Below are positions 25,139 to 36,566 of a DNA stretch of 64,000 nt, one piece after another (position 1 is the stretch's first letter; each line of letters starts with the position of its first letter). Where the stretch lies: contig NC_057728.1 in the NCBI RefSeq assembly GCF_004010195.1, positions 47,526,166 through 47,590,165 of the forward strand, written 5' to 3'. This DNA is from Chiloscyllium plagiosum (lineage: Eukaryota). Position numbers and translations under genes: made by a program. The notes under the pieces are model-generated. The model was given only the letters and a program-made list of their open reading frames with translations, was not told the origin of the DNA and did not search any database.

Positions 25139-27323
25139 GATAGTAGCTAAGCAAAAATGGGATTTATGCAAATGACAGACAGTGGATGGAAAGGAGTAAC
25201 CAGATAGAGGCCAGAGAGAGAAGGAAAGTTAGGCAGATTAAAGGATAGTTAAGCCAGGGGAAGAGAAAAACTGATAATGAGGAACAAACCGTAACTGGTG
25301 AGTTGCCGCAGAGTTCAGTTCTTGGACTTCAACTATTTACAATCTGTATAAATCATCTGCAAGCAGGGACAGAGTGTAACAGGAAAGTTTGTGGATGATA
25401 CTGAAATAGGTGGGAAAGCAGGCAGTGATTAGGAGAGAAAGGTTTCACAGATGGATATTGATAGGATACGAGAATGGGCCAGATTCCGGCAGATGGAGTT
25501 TAATTTGAATCAGTGCAATTTGGTCGGAAAAATAAAGGGGCAAAATATTATTCAAATGGGAAGCAGATTCAAAGTGCATCAATCCAGAGGGATCTGGATG
25601 TCTTTTGCACAAATCACAGAAAGTGGTTAAGCAGTTCCAGCATATTAATAAGAAAAGCAAATAAAATTCTGGCATTCATTGCAAAAGGACTGGATTACAA
25701 AAGTAAAAAAGGGTTGTTACAATTATATAAGGTTAAAAATCACACAACACCAGATTATCGTACGGTTACAGTTTATTCAGAAGAACTAGCTTTCACAGCG
25801 CTGTTCCTTTATCAGGTAGCTGCAAAACAGGATCATAAGACAGAATTTATAGCAAAAGTCTTTCATCTTTTAGAATGGATTGCAGGTTTCAGTTCATTAA
25901 TATGTAAATCCCAGAACTTCTTTTAAGTCATATTCTCAAGATTAATAAAGGTTTTATTTTAAAAAGTTGACATCTCAGCTCAGACTATACACTAAAGGTG
26001 TGAGGATAGAGTCTATCTGTATCCCAATCTTGAGTCAGACTGGTTCTATTTCCAAAGTAGGAATTTATAAAATATTACATGGATTGGCTGCCTGCATTGA
26101 CTACCTGCAGGTTCTCAACTAGAAGAAAGTGAGGACTGCAGATGCTGGAGATCAGAGGTTGTGCGCTTTTTGAGCAAAATATAAAGTAAAGTATCGACAA
26201 ATATAATTCTGCAAATGCAGATTCATCCCATAGACTTATTGTGTGTGTACGTGCATGAGAACGAGTGTGAGTATGCATGAAAGAATGTGTGTTTGCATGT
26301 GTGCATGCCTGCTAGTGTCTGTGAGAGTGTGATGGAGTATGAGAGGGTGTGTGCATGGGTGTGAGTTTGGGGGGAGGGGGGCAGGTGTATGTGTGTGTGT
26401 ATGACAGTGAGTGTGTGTATGAGAGAGGGTCTGCGTGAGTGTATGAGTATGTAAGCGTGTACTGTGGAAGCTACTACTCTAGCTTCCACAGTAAATATAT
26501 CAAAACAGTCATCCCCTACGGACAAGCCTTACGTAGACACAGGATCTGTTCAGATGAGGAGGAATGCGATGGATCCTGAAGGTACTCAAGGCTGCCCTCA
26601 TAAGAAGAGGGTACAATGCTCAACTCACAGATCGCCAGTTCCAGCGTGCTACAGCGAGAAACCATAATGACCTCCTCAAGAGACAGACACAGGATGCAAC
26701 CATTAAGGTACTCTTCATTGTCCAATACTTCCCAGGAGTGGAGAAATATGCCATGCTCTTCTCAGATTGCAACACATTATAGATGAGAATGAGCACCTCA
26801 CCAAGACCTTCCCTACGCCTCTACTTCTCGCTTTTAAACAACCACCAAACTTTAGACAAACCATTGTTTGCAGCAAACTGCCTAGTCTTCAGGCCAACAT
26901 GGATCACAACACCATACAATTCTGTCATGGCAACCACTGCAAGACAGGTCACATTGTCGACATGGATTCTACCATTACAAGTGGGGGCACCACCCACCAT
27001 GTACGCGGCAGGTACTCATGTGACTTGGCCAACGTTGTCCATCTCATACGCTGCAGGTAACAATGCCCTAAGGCATGGTAGATTGGTGAGACCAAGCTGA
27101 CGCTATGACAACAGATGAATGGACACTGCACAACAATCGCCAGACAGGACTGTTGCTTGCCAGTTCGGGAACCCTTCAGCGGTCAGGCACATTTGGCCTC
27201 AGATCTTCAGATGACTATCCTCCAAGGCGGTCTTCGGGATATGCAACAACATAGAATGGCCGAGCGGAGACTGACAGCCAAGTTTGGAACCCATGAGAAT
27301 GGCCTCAACCGGGACCTTGTTCA

Positions 27324-27435
27324 AAGTTTGTGAGAAGATTTGTAGCTCGGGTGCTCGTTGTTGTGGTTCTGTTCGCCGAGCTGGGAATTTGTGTTGCAGA
27401 TGTTTCGTCCCCTATCTAGGTGATATCCTCAGTGC
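27324..27435 (-). mobile_element. Solo hammerhead-headed PLE fragment (family D) nested in the PLE
   Basis: GCA-CUGAGGA-UAUCACC-UAGAUA-GGGGAC-GAAA-CAUC-UGC at 27435-27396; imperfect TSD CTTG(TG)TTCA. Confidence 0.7.
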
Positions 27436-27570
27436 TTGTGTTCATGTCACACTACAGGTGACCCCACTACTCTATACACTGTCTCATACACACACTCTCT
27501 TGCATACTCACACACTCATGCGGAACCCCTCTCATACACATCCTTCACACTCATACCCATGCACACGCCC

Positions 27571-27880
27571 TGATTAGATTACATTACATTACCTTACAGT
27601 GTGGAAACAGGCCCTTTGGCCCAACAAGTCCACACCGATCCGCCGAAGCGCAACCCACCCATACCCCTACATTTACCCCTTACCTAATACTATTTTAGCA
27701 TGGCCAATTCACCTGACCTGCACATCTTTGGTCTGTGGGAGGAAACCGGAGCACCCGGAGGAAACCCACGCAGACACGGGGAGAACGTGCAAACTCCACA
27801 CAGTCAGTCGCCTGAGGTGGGAATTGAGCCCGGGTCTCTGGCGCTGTGAGGCAGCAGTGCTAACCACTGTGCCACCGTGC
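27571..27880 (-). mobile_element. tRNA-derived SINE (HE1-like shark SINE)
   Basis: Head GGCACGGTGGCACAGTGGTTAGCACTGC with B-box-like GGGCTCAATTCCC; (T/A)CTAA-type tail; GCCCTG flanks. Confidence 0.85.
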
Positions 27881-28002
27881 CCTGTCACAGGATTATACTC
27901 CATCCACATTCACACACACATTTTACCAAGCATGCACACATGCAAACAACACTCTCGCATGCATACACACATATAAGTCTATGGGGTGAATTTGCATTTC
28001 CA

Positions 28003-29500
28003 GTCACAGAGATGTACAGAACGGAAACATACCCTTCGGTCCAACTCGTCCATGCCAACCAGATATCCCAACCTAATCTCGTCCCACTTGCCAGCATTCT
28101 ATCAGGTCAACCCTCAGTCTCTGACACTCCAGGGAAAACAGCACCAGCCTATTCAACTTCTTCCTATAGCTCAAATCCTCCAATCCTAGCAACATCCTTG
28201 TAAATCTTTTCTGAACCCTTTCAAGTTTCACAACATCCTTCCAATAGGAAGGAGATCAGAATTGCATGCAATATTCCAAAAGTAGCCTTACCAAAGTCCT
28301 GTATGGCCGCAACATGACCTCCCAACTCCTGTACTCTGACCAATATCGGAAAGCATACCAAACGCCTTCTTTACTACCTATCTACCTGCGACTCTACTTT
28401 CAAGGAGCTATGAACCTGCACTCCAAGGTCATAGTGATTCCAATGATCCAAAAATGTGAATCCTTCTCCCATACACCAGCTCCTCAGCCAAGCATTCATT
28501 TGCTCTATCCTCCTATTCCTACCCTCATAACATCAGGAGTAATCCAGATATTACTACTCCCGAGGACCTCCTTTTTAAATTCTTGCCTAACTCTCGATAT
28601 TCTCCCTTCAGAATCTCATCCTTTTCCCTTCCTATGTCATTGGTTCCAGTGTGTACAATGACCTCCTGCTGGTCCCTCCTTGAGAACATTCTGCACCCTC
28701 TCTGAGACATCCTTGATCCTGGCACAAGGGAGGCTACACACCATTCTTATTTTTTGCTGCTGGCCACAGAAACATCCGTTGGTGCCTTGGACTAGAAAGT
28801 CCCCTAACACAATCGATCTCTTGGAACCCAACATACCCCTCATTGCATTACAGCCAGTCTTGATACCAGAAACTTGGCGATTTGTGCTACATTCCCCTGA
28901 GAATCCATCACCCCCTACATTTTCCAAAACAGCATACTTGTTTGAAATGGGGATAGCCACAGAAGAATCCTGCACTACCTGCCTTCTTCTCTTACCTTTC
29001 CTGGAGTTAACCCATCTATGTGACTATATCTGTGACTTCTCTTCCTTCTTATAACTGCCATCCATCACACCCCCTTGCTCTTGTTAATTCCTCATTGCCT
29101 CTAACTGTCACTCCATCCGATTCATTTGATCTGATAGGATTTGCAACTAATGGCATTCATTGCAGATATAATCCTGAGTAACACGTAAACTCTCCCTAAA
29201 CATCCACAACCGACAAGAAGAGCATATCACTGTAATCAGGACCATTTTTGCTTCTTCCAATCTACAGACCCAGAAAATAGCGCTGTCTTATTCCTCAACA
29301 AAACATTGCTCCAGGCTAACTTAATACTTATGGCTTACTTTTTTAAGTTTAATCAAGAGACATATCTTAATAAAACATATAATCAATAAAGAACCCACTC
29401 TACTGACTACTGTAGATTTACAGCAAGGCTATACTTAACACTATTCACTTATCTGTTTCTGGACTGTGACATCTCCCAAATAGGTTTATCCAAGACCAGT
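28003..29500 (-). mobile_element. Internally deleted CR1 copy with 5' UTR and ORF1 SGNH-esterase domain joined to a 3' end
   Basis: RSIVLGDFLV, LPCARIKDVSERV, HTGTNDIG, VVISGLL motifs typical of CR1 ORF1 esterase. Confidence 0.8.
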
Positions 29501-30877
29501 TGTGAATTTGCAGAATTATATTTTGCAGATACATTCTATTTTGCTCAAAAAGCACACAAGCTGCACGCAACCAATCCATGTAATCTTTTATGAATTCCTA
29601 CTTTGGAAATAGAACCAGTTTGACTCAAGATTGGGATACAGACAGACTCTAACCTCACATCTTGATTGCATTGCTTCAGCTGAGATGTCACCTTTTTTTA
29701 TAAAACCTTAAATAATCTCATGATTTAAAAGAAGTTCTGTGATTTACATATTAATGAAGTGAACGTGGAACCCATTCTAAAAGATGAAAGACTTAAAAGT
29801 AACCTAGGTTTGTTCAATATACCATTTCAGTTGCATGACACTGTGACCTTTTGCTATAAATTCTGTGTCTTATGATCCTGTTCCACAGTTACCTGATGAA
29901 GGAGCAGTGCTCAGAAAGCTAGTTCTTCTGAATAAACCTTGGATTATAGCCTGGTGTTGTGTTTTTTTAACTTTGTCCACACCAGCTCCTCCATATCACA
30001 GTTATATAAGGCATTGGTGAGACTAAAATTACACTATTGTGTCCAGTTTTGGTCTCCTTATTTGAAGAAGGATGTACAGTAGTGGCACTGGAGGCAGTTC
30101 AGACGAGGTTAACAAGATTGATTCCAGGGATGAAAGGGCTGTTGCACAAGGAGCAGTTGAATAGCCTGGACTTGTACTCGCTGAGGTTCAGAAGAATGAG
30201 TGGGGGAACTGTTGGAGGGATATAAAATGCTGAATAGGATTGATAAGGTGAACAAAAACCAAAAGAATTGCGGATACTGTAAATCTATAAGGTAGATGTT
30301 GAAGAGATTATCTCCTTTGCGGGACAGTCTGGAACAACAGTTGATCGATATAGAGTGAGAGAAGGTAGGTTCAAAACTGTGGAAGTCACTGTCTCGGAGT
30401 GCAATGAAGGTAGAATCAATCTACAGGTTCAAGAAAGAAATAGATGTTTCTGATGAAAAGCAGGATAAAGAGCAACAGAGATGGAAAAGGAAAGTGGAAG
30501 TGAGACCTGGATAAGATTAGCCATGATCATGTCAACTGGCTGACCAGGCTCAAAGGGCTGAATTGCCTACTCCTGCTTCTAATTCGTGTTTTGTTACGTA
30601 TCCAAAATAGTCTGGCTGTGGTAAAAGCCACCCATGTCATGACAGAGCTTTATTCCTAGCTGGTATCAGTTCTGAAAAAGAGTAACTTGACCCAACATTA
30701 ACTCTGCTTTCTCTCTACTGATGCTGCCAGACCTGCCGGGTTTCTACACCAATTTCTTCTTTTGTTCCTTATTTTCATATTCCATTCTCTTTTAATAAAA
30801 ACCAACATTCCACTTGCCTCGTGTATTACCTGCTGAATTTACATGCTAACATCTTGTGATTTGTGTTAGGTGTCCCA

Positions 30878-31976
30878 GTAGTTCAGGCAGCATCTGAGGA
30901 GCAGGAAAATCAACGTTTTGGGCAAAAGCCCTTCATCAGGAATAGAGGCAGAGTGCCTGTAGGGTGGAGAGATAAATGAGAGGAGGGTGGAGTGGGGAGA
31001 ATGTAGCATAGAGTACAATGGGTGAATGGGAGTGGGGATGAAGGTGATAGGTCAGAGAGGAGGGTGGAGTGGCAGGGCAGAGGAAATGACCTGGGAGTTG
31101 CAGTAGGAGAGGGACTCCCTGAGATTCTTGTAGATAGAGGAGGAAAACTTCTTCAAGGCAGGCATCCTTGCAAGAGGATTTGCAGTAGGGTTAAAATCAA
31201 CTAGGTAAAAACAAGGACTGCAGATGCTGGAAACCAGATTCTAGATTAGAGTGGTGCTGGAAAAGCACAGCAGTTCAGGCAGCATCCGAGGACCTATCAC
31301 CTCCATTCCCACCCCCATTCACCTATTGTACTCAATGCTACTTTGTCCCCACCCCCACCCCTCCCTCATTTATCTCTCCACCCTGCAGGCACTCTGCCTC
31401 TATTCCTGATGAAGGGCTTTTGCCCGAAACATCGATTTTCCTGCTCCTCGGATGCTGCCTGAACTGCTGTGCTTTTCCAGCATCACTCTAATCTAGAATC
31501 TGGTTTACAGCATCTGCAGTCCTTGTTTTTACCTAGTTGATTTTAACCCTACTGCGAATCCTCTTGCAAGGATGCCTGCCTTAAAGAAGTTTCCTCCTCT
31601 CTCTACACGAATCTCAGGGAGTCCCTCTCCCACTGCAACTCCCAGGTCATTTCCTCTGCCCTGCCACTCCACCTTCCTCTCTGACCTATCACCTTCATCC
31701 CCACCCTCATTCACCCGTTGTAATCTTTGCGACCTTCCCCCACCATCTTCCCTGACCTATCACCTCCATCCCGACCCCCATTCACCTATTGTACTCTATG
31801 CTACTTTCTCCCCACCCTGCTTTCATTTATTTCTCCACCCTGCAGGCACTCTGCCTTTATTCCTGATGAAGGGCTTTTGACCGAAACACCGATTTTCCTG
31901 CTCCTCGGATGCTGCCTGAACTGCTGTGCTTTTCCAGCACCACTCTAATCTAGAATCTGGTTTCCAGCATCTGCAG
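30878..31976. mobile_element. Tandem/inverted array of a ~392-nt non-coding PLE-derived unit, each unit carrying a hammerhead motif (family A)
   Basis: Cores at 30933-30939(-), 31406-31412(+) and 31863-31869(+); inversion point ~31292; period 392 nt on the minus arm and 457 nt on the plus arm (internal duplication). Confidence 0.85.
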
Positions 31977-34153
31977 GTTTCTTTGTGCTCTAGTCTTTCT
32001 CACTTAAAATAATATCCAGCAATGCTATTCTTGCTAAAGTGCATAACTTCACATTTTTCCACATCATATTTGATTTGTCAAATGTTGTCTCTCACTTAGC
32101 CTTTCGATATCCATATGTAGATTCTTTGCACAACCCTCACCAGTTGCCTTTCACCCAATTTTGTGTAATCTGCAAACTTGACCAGAGTGCATTGACTTTT
32201 CTCATCTAAGCTATTAATACGTGTTGTAAATAATTGCTCATCCAGCATCGATCCCTGCGACACTCCACAAGTTGCAGGTTACACAGTCATCTGGATGTGG
32301 AGCCACTGATACCCTGTATAACCTCCCTGCTTTTTCATGCCAACATTCTACTTGCTTTCCGAATTACTTGCTGCACATGCATATTAATCTTTTACGATTC
32401 ATGCACTTGGACACCCAAATCCTGCAGGATCTCAAAGCTCAGAAATCTCTCACAATTGCAATTATATCCTTTTTTATTTTTTCCTGCTAAACTGGGCAAT
32501 TCATATTTTCATACATTAGTTTAATTTTCCAGATCTTTGCCCACACACCAAGCCTACTTTAGTTTATTGAGTCCTTCCAGCGTACTCTTCATAAATTACC
32601 TTCCTATCCACCTTTGCGTCATCAATAAATTTGATCCCTTCTTCCAAATCATTAAATGCATTTAAAGCATCGAGTCCCCACCACTGACCCCTGGCACCAC
32701 AGTGTCCATTACATTTTGCCAACCAGAAAATGACCCATTTATGCCAATGCCCTCTTCCTGTCAAATCATGGGTAACAAGGAAAATTAAGAACAGTATTAA
32801 ATCCAAGGAAGAGGTATAAAGATTGGCCAAAAAAAAAGCAGAGCTGAGAATTATGAGCAGTTTGGAAATCAGCAAAAGAGAATAAAGGGATTGTTTAAGA
32901 GGGAGAAAATAGAGGACGAGAGTAAGCTTGCAGGGAACATAAAACTTGATTGTATGAACTTCAATAGGTATGTGAAGAGTTAAAGATTAGTGAAGGCACA
33001 TGGAGATGTTAGAATGGAGAACAAAGAGATGGCAGACCAATTAAATACATTAGTTTTGCCCTCACAAAGGGATTCACAAATAATGTCCCAAAAATGTTGA
33101 GGAGCCTGGAGTCTAGTAAGAGGGAGGAACTGTTGGAAATCGATATTAGCAGGGAAATTGTGTGCAGGAATTAGATGAGATTAAAGGCCAATAAGTCACC
33201 AGGGACCAAAAATCTACATTCCAGGGTACTTAAAATAGTGACCCTAGAAATAGTGAATGCATTAGTAGTCATCTTTCAAGACCCTATACACTCTGGAACA
33301 GCTCTTATGCATTAGAGGGTAGCTACTGTCACCACACTATTTAAAAAAAGGTAGAGAGAAAACACGAGGAATCATATGTTAGTTAACCTGACATTGGTAG
33401 TGGGGATAATCCAAAGTCCATTATAAAAGATTTAATAGCAGAACACTTGGAAAACAATGACAGGATCAGACAAAGTCAACATGGATTTACAAAAGGGAAA
33501 TCATACTTGACAAATTTACTGGAATCTTTCAAGGATGTAGCGAGTAAATTTGATAAGGAGAAGCCAGTGGATGTGACTTACTTGGACTTTCAGAAGGCTT
33601 TCAATAAGGTTCAACTTAAGAGACTTCCATGTAAAACTAAAAGGCTTGAGACTGGGGGTAGTGTGCTGATATGGATAGAGAATTGGTTGTCAGACAAGAA
33701 CCAAAGAGTGGAAAGAAGCAGGCATATTTGTCAGTTGCAGGCAGTGCCAAGTCAGGGACTATAGGGATCAGTGCTGGACCCATATATTTATAAAATATTC
33801 ATGATTTCGAGGAAACTGAAAGTAAAATATCCAGGTTTGCAGATGACACAAAGCTGGGTGGCAGGATGAGCTGTGAAGAGGATGCAGGGATGCTTTAATG
33901 TGATTTGGACAAGTTGAGTGAGTGGATAAATGCTTGGCAGATGAGGTACAATATTGATAAACATTGGTAGCAAATATAGGAAGACAGATTATTATCCTAA
34001 AGGCAATAGATTGGGAAAGGGAGAGATGCAATGAGACCTGGATGTTTTTGTACATCAGTCATTGAAAGTAAGCAGGTGGTGAAGAAGGTAAATAGTATGT
34101 ATCAAGAGGAATCAAATACAGGAGCAGGGATGTCTTGTGGCATTTGTATGAAG

Positions 34154-34366
34154 TTGAGAGTATGGCGCTGGAAAAGCACAGCAGCATCTGAGTAATAGGA
34201 GAATCAACGTTTTGGGCATAAGCCCTTCATCAGGAATCATGCTGAAGGGCTTATGCCCAAAATGTCGATTCTACTACTCCTCAGATGTTGTCTGGCCTGC
34301 TGTGCTTTTCCAGCACCACACTCTCGATTCTGATCTCCAGCATCTACAATCCTCACTTTCTCCTCC
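34154..34366. mobile_element. Head-to-head palindromic family A element
   Basis: ...GGGCATAAGCCCTTCATCAGGA-A-TCATGCTGAAGGGCTTATGCCC...; degenerate 14-bp TSD at 34140-34153 and 34367-34380. Confidence 0.82.
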
Positions 34367-34837
34367 GCAATTGCATGGAGCTTTGTTGAGACCACACCTG
34401 GAGAATTGTGTGGAGTTTTTGTCTCGTTGTCTAAGGTAGGATGTCTAGCTGTGAAGGAAGTGCAACAAAGATTTAAACAGATGTTTTCCTGGGACAGCAG
34501 GACTAACATTTGAAGAGAGACTGAATCAATTAGGATTATATTCACTGAAGTTGAGAAGAATGAGGTATGATCTCATAGAAAATAATAACATTCAAATAGG
34601 ATTCGAAAGGGTAAACACAGGAAGAATGTTTACAATGACTGGGGAGTCCAGAACCAGGGAGTCACAGTTTAAGGAGTAGGCCATATGACATATGCTATTT
34701 AGGACTGAAATGAGAAGAAATTTCTTCACCCATAGTGTTGAGCCTCTCAAATTCCCTACCACAAGAAGCAATTGAGGCCAAAACATTGAATATTTTCAAG
34801 AGGTTAAGTATAGTATATTTGGGACTTACAGGATCAA

Positions 34838-34961
34838 AGGAGAAATTGAGGACTGCAGATGCTGGAAAGTCAGAGTTGAAAAGTATGGTGCTGGAAAAAG
34901 TACAGGTCAGGCAGCATGCAAGGAGCAGGAGGTTTGATGTTTCGGGCAAAAGCCCTTCATC
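34838..34961 (-). mobile_element. Solo family A PLE fragment starting inside the hammerhead core
   Basis: GAUGA-A-GGGC-UUUU-GCCC-GAAA-CAUC followed by the family A 3' tail. Confidence 0.8.
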
Positions 34962-35541
34962 TTTGGGAGAAAGCAGGAACAAGGTACTGAATTGGATGAT
35001 CAGCAATGATCATATTGAATGGCGATGCAAACTCAAAAGGCCAAATTGTGTACTCTGATCCCTATGTTCCATATTTCTGTCCATGTCAATGTTATCCTCT
35101 ACACCAAGAGATTTTATTTTCTGCAGTAATCTTGATGTGGCACTTCTGAAAATCTAAGTTCGGTATATTTTTAATAGTACACGTCACTTCTTCAAAGATT
35201 GCCAATAAATTGGTTAAACATGATTTCCCTTTCAAAAAGCCAAATTGTTTCTGCCTGATTAACTTGAACTTATCCAAGTGCCCTATCATGATGTCTTTAA
35301 TAGCAGCTTCCAGTATTTTCCATATGACCAATCTTAAACTAAGTGACCTATAATTTACTGCTTTCTATCTCTGTCCTTTTTTGGAGAAAGGAGTTAATAT
35401 TAGCTATTTTCCAACCAAATGGAACCTTCCCCAAATCCAGTAAACTTTGACAAATTAAAACCAGTGAAATTTAACCAGTAAAACTATCTAATATCTCACT
35501 GGCCATTTCTTTTAAGAGCCTAGGATGCAAATCATCTGGAT

Positions 35542-35587
35542 CGGAGTTCTGAAGAAGAGTCACATCGGACTTGAAACGTTAATTTTG
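35542..35587 (+). ncRNA. Minimal type I hammerhead ribozyme motif (family B), the best-preserved copy
   Basis: Stem I CGGAGUU/AAUUUUG (with G-U pairs); CUGAAGA 35549-35555; extra A; stem II GAGUC/GACUU; GAAA 35573-35576; palindrome AACGUU; GUU triplet ending at 35580. Confidence 0.65.
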
Positions 35588-36197
35588 TTTCTTTTTCCAG
35601 ACACATTTTTAGACTACTGTGATTCCCCCAAAATTTTCTGATATCGTATCGAGACATTGGAGATTGATGGGTAACCTTGTAGAAGTTTATAAAATCATGA
35701 GGTGCCAGGTAGGTTGCATAGCCAAGGTCTTTTTCCTTGGGTGGGGAAGTCCAAAATTAGAGGATACAATTTTAATAGGGAAGAGAACAGAGTAGAATAG
35801 AATTTTGTTGTCATGTGTACTTTTACATGAAAAATATAGTGGAATGTTTTATAGGTCACTTCAAATGGAGCCTACATCAATACAGAAGTCATATAACATA
35901 AAAAGAAAAGTGTAAAATTAAGACAAAGTTCATCACAGTTGCATTAACTGTTGCTGGGTTTGGGGAAAGCCAATTAAAGAATGGTTGAATACTCAGCCAG
36001 GACGAGACAGCCATTCTGGGATTAGAGCGCCATTCTGGGGCAAGACTGCCACGCCACCCACTGGAATACTGGGCTGGAACCCTCTGCCAAAAAAGACCGC
36101 CATGTTGGGCCAAGACTGTCACTCCTGGATGAGACCATCTGCCAGACTGCTGGAATACCTGGAAGCTGAAGACAAAGATCTCCACACTGACACAAGT

Positions 36198-36566
36198 GGG
36201 CAGCACTGTGGCATAGTGGGCGGCACGGTGGCATGGTGGGCAGCACGGTGGCATAGTGGTTAGCACTGCTGCCTCACAGCATCACAGACCCGGGTTCATT
36301 TCCCGCCTCAGGCGACTGACTGTGTGGAGTTTGCACGTCTCCCTGTGTCTGCATGGGTTTCCTCCGGGTGCTCCGGTTTCCTCCCACAGTCCAAAGATGT
36401 GCAGGTCAGGTGAATTGGCCATGCGAAATTGCCCATAGTGTTAGGTAAGGAATAAATGTAGGGGTATGGGTGGGTTGCGCTTCAGCGGGTCGGTGTGAAT
36501 TTGTTGGGCCGAAGGGCCTGTTTCCACACTGTAAGGTAATCTAAAAAAAATCTAATCTAATCTAAT
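36198..36566 (+). mobile_element. tRNA-derived SINE with tandemly reiterated head
   Basis: Same family as 27571-27880; (TCTAA)n tail at 36539-36566. Confidence 0.85.

Larger units (their letters stand above)
25733..29997 (+). mobile_element. Neptune-type Penelope-like element with inverted 5' pLTR (25733-26460), RT-thumb/GIY-YIG remnant (26480-27320) and 3' pLTR (to 29997), itself interrupted by nested insertions
   Basis: SFHSKYIKTVIPYGQALRRHRICS, Cys-rich linker CHGNHCKTGH and YSCDLANVVHLIRC...IGET motifs; 25740-26460 is the reverse complement of 27470-27990 plus 29505-29970; TSD ACA(A/G)TTATATAAGG at 25719-25732 and 29998-30011; hammerhead at 29891-29923. Confidence 0.88.
25290..30590 (+). 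mobile_element. CR1 LINE split by the PLE insertion (pieces 25290-25732 and 29998-30590)
   Basis: RT C-terminal coding continues across the insertion (LLQLYK|ALVR). Confidence 0.75.
32750..35070 (+). mobile_element. Decayed CR1 LINE with nested PLE fragments
   Basis: QHGFTKGKSYLTNLLESF, YLDFQKAF, FADDTK motifs. Confidence 0.88.

Noticed and set aside
27790..27880. tRNA gene
   Set aside because: It is the tRNA-derived head of a SINE, continuous with the SINE body and tail
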